Origin: an uncultured Sphaerochaeta sp.
GTDB lineage: Bacteria; Spirochaetota; Spirochaetia; Sphaerochaetales; Sphaerochaetaceae
Length of the DNA stretch: 39,657 nt
Direction: 5' to 3'
Assembly (NCBI GenBank): GCA_964527665.1
Contig: CAZGOK010000001.1
Coordinates: 1 to 39,657, forward strand
The notes beneath the pieces were generated by a model. The model was not told where the DNA came from. It did not search any database and saw only the letters and a program-made list of their open reading frames with translations. The position numbers and the translations under genes were made by a program. Positions 26,128-35,156 of this stretch are shown in pieces (the first letter of the stretch is position 1; each line of letters begins with the position of its first letter).

Positions 26128-27609
26128 ATGGAAGTTAGAGTACGTTACGCCCCCTCTCCAACCGGTCTGCAACATATCGGTGGAGTGCGCACAGCTTTGT
26201 TCAATTATTTTTTTGCCCGTGCCAACGGGGGAAAATTCATTCTTCGTGTGGAAGACACCGACCAGGAGCGGTATAGCGACGAATCCTTGCAGGATTTGTA
26301 CGATACGCTCAACTGGCTTGGCCTCAAGTGGGATGAAGGTCCTGTTGTCGGCGGTCCGTATGGACCGTATATCCAGAGCGAACGCTTTGAGCTCTACAAG
26401 AGCTATGCCGAGCAGCTTGTTGCCGACGGCAAAGCCTACAGGTGCTACTGCACCTCTGAGCGCCTTGACGCCCTTCGCCTTGAACAGCAGGCGACCAAGA
26501 GCGAGGTGCAGGGCTACGACCGCCACTGCTCAAGCCTTAGTGCCGAAGAGCGGTCCGAGCTTGAGAAGCAGGGCCTCAGTAGTGTCATCCGCCTCAAGGT
26601 ACCCCTCGAGGGCAAGACCACCATCCACGACGTGCTCATGGGTGACATAACCCGGCGCAACCGCGATGTGAGCCCTGACCCCATCCTTCTTAAGAGTGAT
26701 GGCTTTCCTACCTATCACCTGGCTAACGTCATCGACGACCACGCGATGCACATCACGCACATCATGCGTGCCCAGGAGTGGATCCCCTCGGGGCCGCTTC
26801 ACATCTTGCTCTATGAGGCATTCGGATGGGAGGCCCCGCTGTACTGTCACCTTCCGATGGTGATGGGCAAGGATGGCCAAAAGCTCTCCAAGCGCCATGG
26901 CTCCACTTCTGTGAAGGATTTCAGGGAGAAGGGGTATCTGCCTGAGGCACTGACCAACTATGTGAGCATGGTCGGGTGGTCCTATGACGGACAGAGGGAG
27001 TTCTTCACCAAGGATGAGCTTGAGGAGCTCTTCACCTTGGAGAAGATCAGCAAGTCCCCGGGGATCTTTGACTACAAGAAGCTGGACTGGTTCAATGGCC
27101 AGTATATCCGCCAGATGAGTGATGATGCCCTTGAGGCGCTGTTGCTGCCCTATATGGTGGAGGCAGGCTTCATCTCTGAGCCTCTCTCCTCTGAGGTACA
27201 GGCAAAGCTTGATGCCCTGGTACCTGTGGTGAAGGAGCGCTTGAAGACTCTCAGCGATGTGGTCCCACTCTCGCGCTTCCTCTTTGAGGAGCCAGAATAT
27301 AGTGACCGATCGCTGTTTGTTGCTAAAAATGTGGAGCCTTCTGTCGCCCTCTCTGCCTTGGAAGGGGCGTATGCGATCCTGAAGAAGGGTCTGGCGGAAG
27401 GCCTTCCCACCGAGGATATGGAGCAGGCTATGGCCGACTTGGCAGCGCGTTTGGGCGTAAAGGTAAATGGGGTCTTCATGCCCCTGAGGGTGGCTATTAC
27501 CGGCAGTTCGGTGAGCCTGCCCCTGTTTGATTCGATTTCCCTGCTTGGGCAGGAAAAAACATGTGAAAGAATAGAGACAGCATTGTCAGTGCTGAAGAGT
27601 GAGGGTTGA
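26128..27609 (+). CDS. gltX: Glutamate--tRNA ligase
   Basis: VRVRYAPSPTGLQHIGG, RVEDTD, KLSKRHG; AAGGAG SD before ATG 26128. Confidence 0.97.
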   Translation: MEVRVRYAPSPTGLQHIGGVRTALFNYFFARANGGKFILRVEDTDQERYSDESLQDLYDTLNWLGLKWDEGPVVGGPYGPYIQSERFELYKSYAEQLVADGKAYRCYCTSERLDALRLEQQATKSEVQGYDRHCSSLSAEERSELEKQGLSSVIRLKVPLEGKTTIHDVLMGDITRRNRDVSPDPILLKSDGFPTYHLANVIDDHAMHITHIMRAQEWIPSGPLHILLYEAFGWEAPLYCHLPMVMGKDGQKLSKRHGSTSVKDFREKGYLPEALTNYVSMVGWSYDGQREFFTKDELEELFTLEKISKSPGIFDYKKLDWFNGQYIRQMSDDALEALLLPYMVEAGFISEPLSSEVQAKLDALVPVVKERLKTLSDVVPLSRFLFEEPEYSDRSLFVAKNVEPSVALSALEGAYAILKKGLAEGLPTEDMEQAMADLAARLGVKVNGVFMPLRVAITGSSVSLPLFDSISLLGQEKTCERIETALSVLKSEG

Positions 27610-27613
27610 GAAT

Positions 27614-28945
27614 ATGGCTGAAGTAACAATGGACAAGATTGTCTCGCTGTGTAAGAGGCGTGGATTTATATTCCAGTCGAGTGAGATCTATGGTGGGCTG
27701 AACGGGGCGTATGACTACGGTCCTATGGGTGTGCAGCTGAAGAACAATATCCGTGATTTCTGGTGGAAGGAGATGACTCAGATCCATGACGACATCGTCG
27801 GACTCGACGCTTCGATTCTGATGCACCCCCGTGTATGGGAAGCGAGTGGACACCTGTCGAACTTCACCGACCCCATGGTGGACTGCAAACAGTGCAAATC
27901 CCGTTTCAGGGCCGACCAGATCGACCTCAACGGGGCATGTCCCACCTGCGGCACCAAGGATAGCTTTACCGAGCCTAGGAACTTCAACCTGATGTTCTCC
28001 ACCCATATCGGCGCTGATGCCGATTCTGGTTCGACCATCTATCTCCGTCCTGAAACCGCCCAGGGCATCTATGTGGACTTCAAGAACGTTGTGCAGTCCA
28101 GCAGGGTGAAGATTCCCTTTGGCATTGCACAGGTGGGCAAGTCCTTCCGCAACGAGATCACGACAAAGAACTTCATCTTCCGCTCCTGTGAGTTTGAGCA
28201 GATGGAGATGCAGTGGTTCTGCAAGCCAGGCAGTGACGAAGAGTGGTTCGTATACTGGAAGGAGCAGAGGATGGCCTTCTATGAGAAGATGGGCATCAAG
28301 GTCTCCAGCTTGCGCTGGCACCAGCATGGTCCTGACGAACTCGCCTTCTATGCCAAGGATGCCTATGACATCCAGTTCCTCTTTCCCATGGGGTGGCAGG
28401 AGCTTGAGGGTGTGCATAACCGAACCGACTATGACCTTACCCAGCACCAGACCTTCAGCGGCAAGGAGATGAACTATCTCGACCCCCAGACCAACGAGCG
28501 CTACATCCCGTACGTGGTGGAGACCTCAGCAGGGCTGACCCGCAACGTCCTGATGGCTCTCAGTGATGCTTATGAGGAACAGACCCTGGAAGGAGGGGAT
28601 GTGCGCACCGTGATGCACTTCCACCCCACGATCGCTCCTGTGACGGTGGCGGTCCTCCCCTTGGTAAAGAAGGATGGCATTGCCGAATTTGCCTCCAAGC
28701 TTGAAAAGGAGCTCCGCTCTGATTTTGTGACCTTCTTTGATGTCAGCGGGGCCATCGGCAGGCGCTATCGCCGCATGGATGAGATCGGGACCCCTTACTG
28801 TGTCACTGTCGACTATGAAAGTCTTGAGGACAATACGGTGACGTTGCGCATGCGCGACAGCATGGAGCAGGTTCGCATTCCCATCACCGAGTTGGTGGCA
28901 ACCATCAACAAAGCGACCAAAGAGTACAAAAGAGTAGAGGCATAG
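27614..28945 (+). CDS. glyQS: Glycine--tRNA ligase, alpha2 (eukaryote/archaea-like) type
   Basis: LCKRRGF, YDYGP, LRPETAQG, FRNEI, IGRRYRRMDEIGTP. Confidence 0.97.
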   Translation: MAEVTMDKIVSLCKRRGFIFQSSEIYGGLNGAYDYGPMGVQLKNNIRDFWWKEMTQIHDDIVGLDASILMHPRVWEASGHLSNFTDPMVDCKQCKSRFRADQIDLNGACPTCGTKDSFTEPRNFNLMFSTHIGADADSGSTIYLRPETAQGIYVDFKNVVQSSRVKIPFGIAQVGKSFRNEITTKNFIFRSCEFEQMEMQWFCKPGSDEEWFVYWKEQRMAFYEKMGIKVSSLRWHQHGPDELAFYAKDAYDIQFLFPMGWQELEGVHNRTDYDLTQHQTFSGKEMNYLDPQTNERYIPYVVETSAGLTRNVLMALSDAYEEQTLEGGDVRTVMHFHPTIAPVTVAVLPLVKKDGIAEFASKLEKELRSDFVTFFDVSGAIGRRYRRMDEIGTPYCVTVDYESLEDNTVTLRMRDSMEQVRIPITELVATINKATKEYKRVEA

Positions 28946-28947
28946 GT

Positions 28948-30204
28948 ATGAACAAGGCACTAAAGACCTTGATGGACCGCGGGTTCATCAAGGCATTCAC
29001 TGATTTGGATGCACTGAGCGCATTGATGGACAAAGAGAAGGTATCCTTCTATGTGGGGGCAGACCCCACAGGAAAGAGCCTGCACATCGGGCATATGGTT
29101 CCCTTCTTTGCAATGCACCACCTGCAGCTTGCCGGGCACAACCCCATAGCCTTGGTAGGAGGCGGCACCGCCATGATCGGGGACCCTTCAGGGAAGACTG
29201 AGCTGCGCAAGATGCTTACCCCTGAGGAGGTGGCTTCCAACTGTGCCTCCATCAAGGAGCAGCTCAGTACAGTGGTGGACTTCGCCGAAAATCCTGCAGA
29301 CGGTATGGGCAAGGCTGTGATGCTCAACAACGCAGACTGGCTCACCAACCTGAACTATATCGATTTCCTTCGTGAGATCGGGCGCCACTTCTCGGTAAAC
29401 AGGATGCTCACCTTTGAATCTTACAAAGCCAGGCTCGAGCGGGGCCTCTCCTTCATCGAGTTCAACTACCAGCTCTTGCAGTCCTATGACTTCCTTACCC
29501 TCTACCGCGACCATGGCTGCCGGCTCCAGATCGGTGGCGATGACCAGTGGGGCAACATCGTTGCAGGCATCGACCTGATCAGGAAGACAGAATCGGCAGA
29601 GTGCTATGGCATGACGTTCAACCTGATCGCTCGTTCTGACGGGCAGAAAATGGGCAAGAGTGAGAAGGGTGCGGTCTTCCTTGACCCCGAACTCTTCACA
29701 CCCTATGACTTCTACCAGTACTGGCGCAACGTTAACGATGAGGATGTGGTTAAGTTCCTGAAGCTTTTCACCTTCCTCCCCCTTGAGGAAATCGCCCAGT
29801 ATGAGGGCGATGGGATCAACATCAATGATGCCAAGATCCGCTTGGCCTATGAGCAGACCAAGATCATCCATGGCGTTGAGGAGGCAGACAAGGCTCAGAG
29901 CGCCGCTCAGGCGATGTTCGGTTCTGCCACAGTCGGTTCTGAAAGCAGGGAAGGGATGAACGCCCTTGAAGTGGAGAGAAGTGAGCTTGAGGCGGGTATC
30001 CCTGTCCTGGTTCTCTTTGCCCGAACTGACCTTGCTTCTACCAACAGTGATGCTAGGCGTCTGGTCAGTGGTGGGGGAGCGTGGGTCGGGGAGACCAAGA
30101 TCACCGACCCCAAGGCTGTGATCGACCTCTCCTTCCTTGATGAGCAAGGTGAGATCCTACTCAGGGCAGGCAAGAAGCGGTACTTCAGGATAGTGGTCAA
30201 ATAA
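28948..30204 (+). CDS. tyrS: Tyrosine--tRNA ligase
   Basis: GADPT..SLHIGH, QIGGDDQWGN, KMGKS, S4-like C-terminus RAGKKRY. Confidence 0.97.
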   Translation: MNKALKTLMDRGFIKAFTDLDALSALMDKEKVSFYVGADPTGKSLHIGHMVPFFAMHHLQLAGHNPIALVGGGTAMIGDPSGKTELRKMLTPEEVASNCASIKEQLSTVVDFAENPADGMGKAVMLNNADWLTNLNYIDFLREIGRHFSVNRMLTFESYKARLERGLSFIEFNYQLLQSYDFLTLYRDHGCRLQIGGDDQWGNIVAGIDLIRKTESAECYGMTFNLIARSDGQKMGKSEKGAVFLDPELFTPYDFYQYWRNVNDEDVVKFLKLFTFLPLEEIAQYEGDGININDAKIRLAYEQTKIIHGVEEADKAQSAAQAMFGSATVGSESREGMNALEVERSELEAGIPVLVLFARTDLASTNSDARRLVSGGGAWVGETKITDPKAVIDLSFLDEQGEILLRAGKKRYFRIVVK

Positions 30205-30242
30205 AACACCCCTCTCTGAGAAACTTCTTTCTGAACCTTTAG

Positions 30243-30282
30243 GCCCCACCCCTCTTTGGCGTTTGTCAAAGTGGGGTGGGGC
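30243..30282 (+). terminator. Terminator of gltX-glyQS-tyrS
   Basis: GCCCCACCCC...GGGGTGGGGC long stem followed by a pyrimidine run. Confidence 0.75.
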
Positions 30283-30410
30283 TCTCCTTCTTTCTTCTCT
30301 GTCAACGTTTTTCCTTTTTTATTGGTTTGCACTTTCTGTAAGATGGGATGTGACTAAGAGAGAATTTAATCCCATACTCTGAAAAGAACAGAGCTGATCG
30401 GGCAAAAGAA

Positions 30411-30473
30411 ATTCCCCGCAAAGCGAGGAATAGTACGAACCCAGCCTAACTCCCTAAGGAGGCAAGGCCGGGT
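30411..30473 (-). terminator. Two hairpins downstream of desulfoferrodoxin
   Basis: Minus strand ACCCGGCCT...AGGCTGGGT, then ATTCCTCGC-ttt-GCGGGGAAT-TTCTTTT. Confidence 0.6.
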
Positions 30474-30487
30474 AGCTTTCTTGGTCT

Positions 30488-30868
30488 CTACAGGGCAACT
30501 TTCCAAAGTCCGTGCAGGTTGCAATACGCAAGGACCGCAATGGGCTTGTCATCATCAATGCAGAAGGTAACATGAGGCTTGCCGTCTATGACGGGATTCT
30601 TCCTCTGACCACCTTTCTCTGTCTCCAGATAGATCCAGCTGATGTGGTGTTCTTTTGTCATGGGATGATCTACCGATCCGACGTTTACAGTAACAATGTT
30701 CTTCTCGACTGTTGCAACAGGAACATGTTTTTCCTTTGCTGCATCAACGGTGTTTACCGTCAGGGTAGTCATCTCTTCTCCACAGCAGGATAGGGTAGGT
30801 CCCCTATCGACGACTTTAGAGGCAATGTTCCCGCAAATTTTGCAAATGTAAAATTCTTGATCTTTCAT
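30488..30868 (-). CDS. dfx: Desulfoferrodoxin (2Fe superoxide reductase)
   Basis: CKICGN and SCCG (centre I); EKHVP, HPM, HHI, CNLHG (centre II). Confidence 0.93.
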   Translation of the reverse strand: MKDQEFYICKICGNIASKVVDRGPTLSCCGEEMTTLTVNTVDAAKEKHVPVATVEKNIVTVNVGSVDHPMTKEHHISWIYLETEKGGQRKNPVIDGKPHVTFCIDDDKPIAVLAYCNLHGLWKVAL

Positions 30869-30948
30869 TTGTGTCTCCTTACCTCCCAGTATACTAAAAA
30901 AATGGCCATCCGTACAGCGAATAATGAATTAGGTGCTTTGCTCCAGTG

Positions 30949-32310
30949 TTAGACATACCCTTGTGCTATCATGGCATCGGAGATCTTGAGGAAGCCTGCA
31001 ATGTTGGCACCGTCGACAAAGTTGTTCTTTGTGCTGTACTTGTCCGCTGCCACGCTGATGGTGCTGTAGATGTTCTTCATGATGGTCAAAAGCTGTGCAT
31101 CAACCTGGGCTGGAGTCCATTGCAGCCTCTGGCTGTTCTGGGCCATCTCAAGGCCGGAGACAGCAACCCCTCCTGCATTGGAGGCCTTCGCCGGTGCGAG
31201 CAGGACTCCCCCTTCCATCAGAATCTCCTCAGCCTGCAAGGTGGTGGGCATGTTTGCCCCTTCACCGACGAGCTGGATCTTGTTGGCTACAAGGTTCTTC
31301 GCGTCCTCACCGTTGATCTCATTCTGCGTTGCACAGGGGAAGGCGTAATCGGCCTTCACATCCCACAGGGGGTTCGATGGAGCTGAACCGTTGTGGGGGA
31401 TGTAGGTGGCATCCTTGTACTTCTGAGCATATTCTGCAATGCGTCCCCGCCTGACATTCTTCAGTGTCTTGATGTATGCAAGCTTGTGTTCGTCAATGCC
31501 GCTGGGGTCGATGAGCACACCGCTTGAGTCACTCATGGTGAGAACCTTGGACCCCATGGTCAGCAGTTTCTCAGCGGTGAACTGCGCTACGTTGCCGCTT
31601 CCGCTTACCAGGCAGCTCTTGCCCTCAAGGCTCTTGCCTTGGGCAGCGAGCATCGCAGCGGAAAGATAGACCAGGCCGTAGCCAGTGGCTTCAGGACGGA
31701 TGAAGGATCCGCCATAGGAGGGGTGCTTGCCGGTAAGGATACCCACACTCTTGTTATGGATGCGCTTGTACTGCCCATACATGTACCCGATCTCCCTGCC
31801 GCCCACACCGATATCACCGGCAGGCACGTCGGTGTCCTCCCCGATGTGTCTGCCCAGCTCCAGCATCAGGCTCTGGCAGAAGCGCATGACCTCGCCATCG
31901 CTCTTGCCCTTGGGATTAAAATCGCTTCCTCCCTTGCCTCCGCCTAGGGAGAGGCCGGTAAGGCTGTTCTTGAAGGTCTGCTCAAAGGCAAGGAACTTCA
32001 GGATGGAGAGATTGACTGAGGGGTGGAAGCGCAATCCCCCCTTGTAAGGGCCGAGGGCGCTGTTCATCTGCACCCTGAAACCGCGGTTGAGCTGCATTGA
32101 CCCGTCATCGTCAAACCAGGGGATGCGGAACATGATGACCCGCTCCGGTTCCACCATGCGGTCGAGCACCTTGTGGTAGAGTATCTGGGGAATATCATCG
32201 ACGAGCTTGTCGATCGAGGATAGGAATGAGGTGACAGCTTGGATAAATTCAGGTTGGTTTGCATCGAGCTGGATCACACGGTCCATCACTCGTTGGGTTG
32301 CATCATGCAT
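30949..32310 (-). CDS. gdhA: Glutamate dehydrogenase (NADP-type)
   Basis: GPYKGGLRFHPSV, GGGKGGSDF, DVPAGDIGVGGRE, RPEATGYG, SGSGNV; GAGGAG SD before ATG 32310. Confidence 0.97.
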   Translation of the reverse strand: MHDATQRVMDRVIQLDANQPEFIQAVTSFLSSIDKLVDDIPQILYHKVLDRMVEPERVIMFRIPWFDDDGSMQLNRGFRVQMNSALGPYKGGLRFHPSVNLSILKFLAFEQTFKNSLTGLSLGGGKGGSDFNPKGKSDGEVMRFCQSLMLELGRHIGEDTDVPAGDIGVGGREIGYMYGQYKRIHNKSVGILTGKHPSYGGSFIRPEATGYGLVYLSAAMLAAQGKSLEGKSCLVSGSGNVAQFTAEKLLTMGSKVLTMSDSSGVLIDPSGIDEHKLAYIKTLKNVRRGRIAEYAQKYKDATYIPHNGSAPSNPLWDVKADYAFPCATQNEINGEDAKNLVANKIQLVGEGANMPTTLQAEEILMEGGVLLAPAKASNAGGVAVSGLEMAQNSQRLQWTPAQVDAQLLTIMKNIYSTISVAADKYSTKNNFVDGANIAGFLKISDAMIAQGYV

Positions 32311-32669
32311 GGGGTAACTCCTCAGCTTCTGTGCATAATTATGCAAGAAGCTGTATATAACAATATAGAAAGCTTGGCACTTGGTAAAGCGCTTAGGGAA
32401 AGATAAAAACAGAGGGAGAATATTGCGGTATGCGTAGGAACTAACAGAAAAAGGGTTATATTGAGCAGGAACGCAAAGGTGCGGGGTGTGTGTTGCCCCA
32501 TGCATGAGAAACAAGGAACGTAGGAGGGGAGGGAGAAAAAAAGTATTTTTTCTCCCTCCTTCCTTATTGCCCTCTGTATTTCACCCTATTCAGCTCCTCA
32601 AGCCCTATCGTGCTGGTAATGCTCGTATCTCTCTGTATAGGATCTCTTGTCAAAGGCCAGGTAACAAGC

Positions 32670-32698
32670 CAAAGGGCCCCTTTTTAAGGAGCCCTTTG
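32670..32698 (-). terminator. Hairpin after mtnA
   Basis: Minus strand CAAAGGGCTCCTT-aaa-AAGGGGCCCTTTG. Confidence 0.65.
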
Positions 32699-32729
32699 TC
32701 ATTGTACAGTGCATCTTCTTTCAGAGCAA

Positions 32730-33779
32730 TTACAGGCTTTCGCCCTTTCGCAAGCGCTCGATGTTCTCCTTGAATGGGGGACGGATGATGCCCTTTTCTG
32801 TGATGATGCCGGTGATGTTCTGGTGGGGTGTCACATCGAAGGCGGGGTTGAAGACCTCCATATCAAGAGGGGCAACCTGCGTATCACCAACGAAGATGAC
32901 TTCGTTCTTGTCTCTCTCCTCGATGGGGATGAGCGAGCCGTCTGCTAGGTTGAAGTCTATGGTGGAGATCGGCACAACCGAGTAGAAGGGCACCCCGTAC
33001 TGCTTGCAGATCACCGAGAGGGAGAAGGTGCCCAGCTTGTTGGCCACATCCCCGTTGGCGGCGACACGGTCCCCGCCTAGGATCACCAGATCTATCTTGC
33101 CGTCACGGATCAGGGTGGCTGCAGCGCTGTCGGGGATCAGGGCTGAGGGTATCTTCGCCTCCATCAGCTCCCAGGCTGTCAGGCGCGCTCCTTGGAAGCG
33201 TGGACGAGTCTCGTCAGCGTAGACGAAGATGTTCTTCTTGTCATAGAACGCTTCCTTGATGACACCAAGGGCGGTTCCCCAGCCTGCGGTGGCAAGGGCT
33301 CCTGTATTGCAGTGCGTCAGGATGGTCGCCCCCTGTGGAACAACAGTGTTGCCTATCCTGCTCATAGTCTTGTTTGTCTGGATATCCTCGGCTCTGATAG
33401 CATCAGCCTCATCCTTCAGGGCGGAGAGGATTTCTTCTGTGGGATTCTTTTCAACCTTCAGAAAAACCTTCCACATGCGCTCAATCGCCCATTCGAGGTT
33501 CACTGCAGTCGGGCGGCTCTTGGCCAGGAAGTCACAAGCCTTTCTGAGTTCTGTTCTGAACTGCTTGTTGGCAGCATATTGGACGGCTGCCAGATAGACG
33601 CCATAGGCTGCAGTTGCACCGATAGCCGGAGCTCCCCGGACCACCATGTCCCTGATGGCAAACTCCACATCCTGGTATGTCTTGCAGGCAAAGTAGGTAT
33701 AGGTGGCCGGCAGGACCCTCTGGTCTATCAGAAAGAGCGCCTCCTCTTTGAACTGGAGGGTAATGAACGATTCATCCAT
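32730..33779 (-). CDS. mtnA: S-methyl-5-thioribose-1-phosphate isomerase
   Basis: IDQRVLP, MVVRGAPAIG, SRPTAVNL, THCNTGALAT, DETRP, NPAFDVTP. Confidence 0.95.
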   Translation of the reverse strand: MDESFITLQFKEEALFLIDQRVLPATYTYFACKTYQDVEFAIRDMVVRGAPAIGATAAYGVYLAAVQYAANKQFRTELRKACDFLAKSRPTAVNLEWAIERMWKVFLKVEKNPTEEILSALKDEADAIRAEDIQTNKTMSRIGNTVVPQGATILTHCNTGALATAGWGTALGVIKEAFYDKKNIFVYADETRPRFQGARLTAWELMEAKIPSALIPDSAAATLIRDGKIDLVILGGDRVAANGDVANKLGTFSLSVICKQYGVPFYSVVPISTIDFNLADGSLIPIEERDKNEVIFVGDTQVAPLDMEVFNPAFDVTPHQNITGIITEKGIIRPPFKENIERLRKGESL

Positions 33780-33843
33780 GGGTAGCTTCTCCTTTGTGGT
33801 TTCTCTCTATTTTTCTTACTTTCTTCCTAACATTTTCAACATA

Positions 33844-35133
33844 TCATCTGGTGCGAATAGCATCCCATCGTGAGTTGACATCCTTGTGGATCTCGTCCTG
33901 GTCAAGGCCAAGGACTCTGCGCTTTTCCATGACCATCTTGCCTTGGCAAAAGACCGTATCGACATCGGAGGCCTGGGCTGAGTAGACCAAGGCGCTGAAC
34001 GGGTCGTTCAGGGGGGTCAGGTGGGCCTTGCCAAGGTCCAGGAGGAGTATGTCCGCCTCTTTCCCCACTTCAAGGGTGCCGATCTTCTTCTCCAGGCCCA
34101 GGGCCTTCGCCCCGTTGATCGTGGCCATCTTCAGCATATCAAACGGCTTGAGGTTGCACAGGTGCCCGGAATGGACCGAACTGAGCAAAGTGGCGATGTG
34201 CATCTCCTCAAAGAGGTTCTGGTTGTTGTTGCTGCTCGATCCGTCACAGCCGATGGCTACGTTGATGGAGTTCTTCAGGAAGACGGATATGGGGGCGACC
34301 CCACTGGCAAGCTTGCAGTTGCTGCTGGGGTTGTGCACTATCGTGGTGTTGAGACCTTTCATGAGCTCAATCTCACTGGGGGTGAGGTGGACACAGTGTG
34401 CCAGTATCGAGGGGATGTCCTCTAGAGCACCTATGGATTCCAGGTAGTGCAAAGGGGTCTTGCCATGCTCCTTCAGACAGGCGTCAACCTCTTTCTTTGT
34501 TTCGCTGAGGTGGGTATGCAGATTTCTGTGGTTGGCTTTTGCCCAGGCATGTCCATACTGGTAGGTCTCTGTGGTGCAGGTGTAGATCGCATGAGGGGCG
34601 ATGTCGAGGGTAATCCTACCCCCTGACGCCGCTATTGCAGAATCGGTAAGCTTCTCTCTCTCCCTGACCCTCAGTTTGGAGGATGAGAGGTCCCCAAAGA
34701 GCGTCAGCCCAAGGTTAGCCCGTATGCCCCCCTCATTGGCTGCGCGGGCAGTGGACTCCGGGAAAAAGTACATGTCGTTGAAGGTCGTGATGCCGCTTTG
34801 GATCTGTTCGATGACTCCTAGGCGGGCGGAGGCGAGCACATCTGATTGTGATAGCTTGTCCTCAATGGGGAAGATCTCTGCTAGCCAGGCCTGCAGGTTC
34901 GGTGCACTGTCTCGATAGTTGCGCATGAACTGCATGGCAAGGTGGGTGTGTGCGTTGACCAGGGCAGGCATGGCAAGCATCCCGGTCGCATCCAGGGTTG
35001 TGTCGGGGATAAAGCCTTGTGGCTTCTCTCCGACAAACACGATTTTTGTTCCTTCAAGGCCTATATCGCCATAGAAATATTCCCCTTCTGCTCGCATGGG
35101 AATAATTAGGGCATTGGAAATAATAGTTTTCAT
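33844..35133 (-). CDS. mtaD: Amidohydrolase, MTA/SAH deaminase-like
   Basis: NAHTH, APHAIYT, HTHLSET, AHCVH, HNPSSNCKLASG, DGSSSNN; adjacent to mtnA. Confidence 0.8.
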   Translation of the reverse strand: MKTIISNALIIPMRAEGEYFYGDIGLEGTKIVFVGEKPQGFIPDTTLDATGMLAMPALVNAHTHLAMQFMRNYRDSAPNLQAWLAEIFPIEDKLSQSDVLASARLGVIEQIQSGITTFNDMYFFPESTARAANEGGIRANLGLTLFGDLSSSKLRVREREKLTDSAIAASGGRITLDIAPHAIYTCTTETYQYGHAWAKANHRNLHTHLSETKKEVDACLKEHGKTPLHYLESIGALEDIPSILAHCVHLTPSEIELMKGLNTTIVHNPSSNCKLASGVAPISVFLKNSINVAIGCDGSSSNNNQNLFEEMHIATLLSSVHSGHLCNLKPFDMLKMATINGAKALGLEKKIGTLEVGKEADILLLDLGKAHLTPLNDPFSALVYSAQASDVDTVFCQGKMVMEKRRVLGLDQDEIHKDVNSRWDAIRTR

Positions 35134-35156
35134 AGTGGTATAGTAGCATATTGTTC

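Noticed and set aside
26128-30204. Three aminoacyl-tRNA synthetases in a row, including a eukaryote-like GlyRS
   Set aside because: Alpha2 GlyRS is the normal form in spirochaetes, and the clustering is ordinary housekeeping organisation
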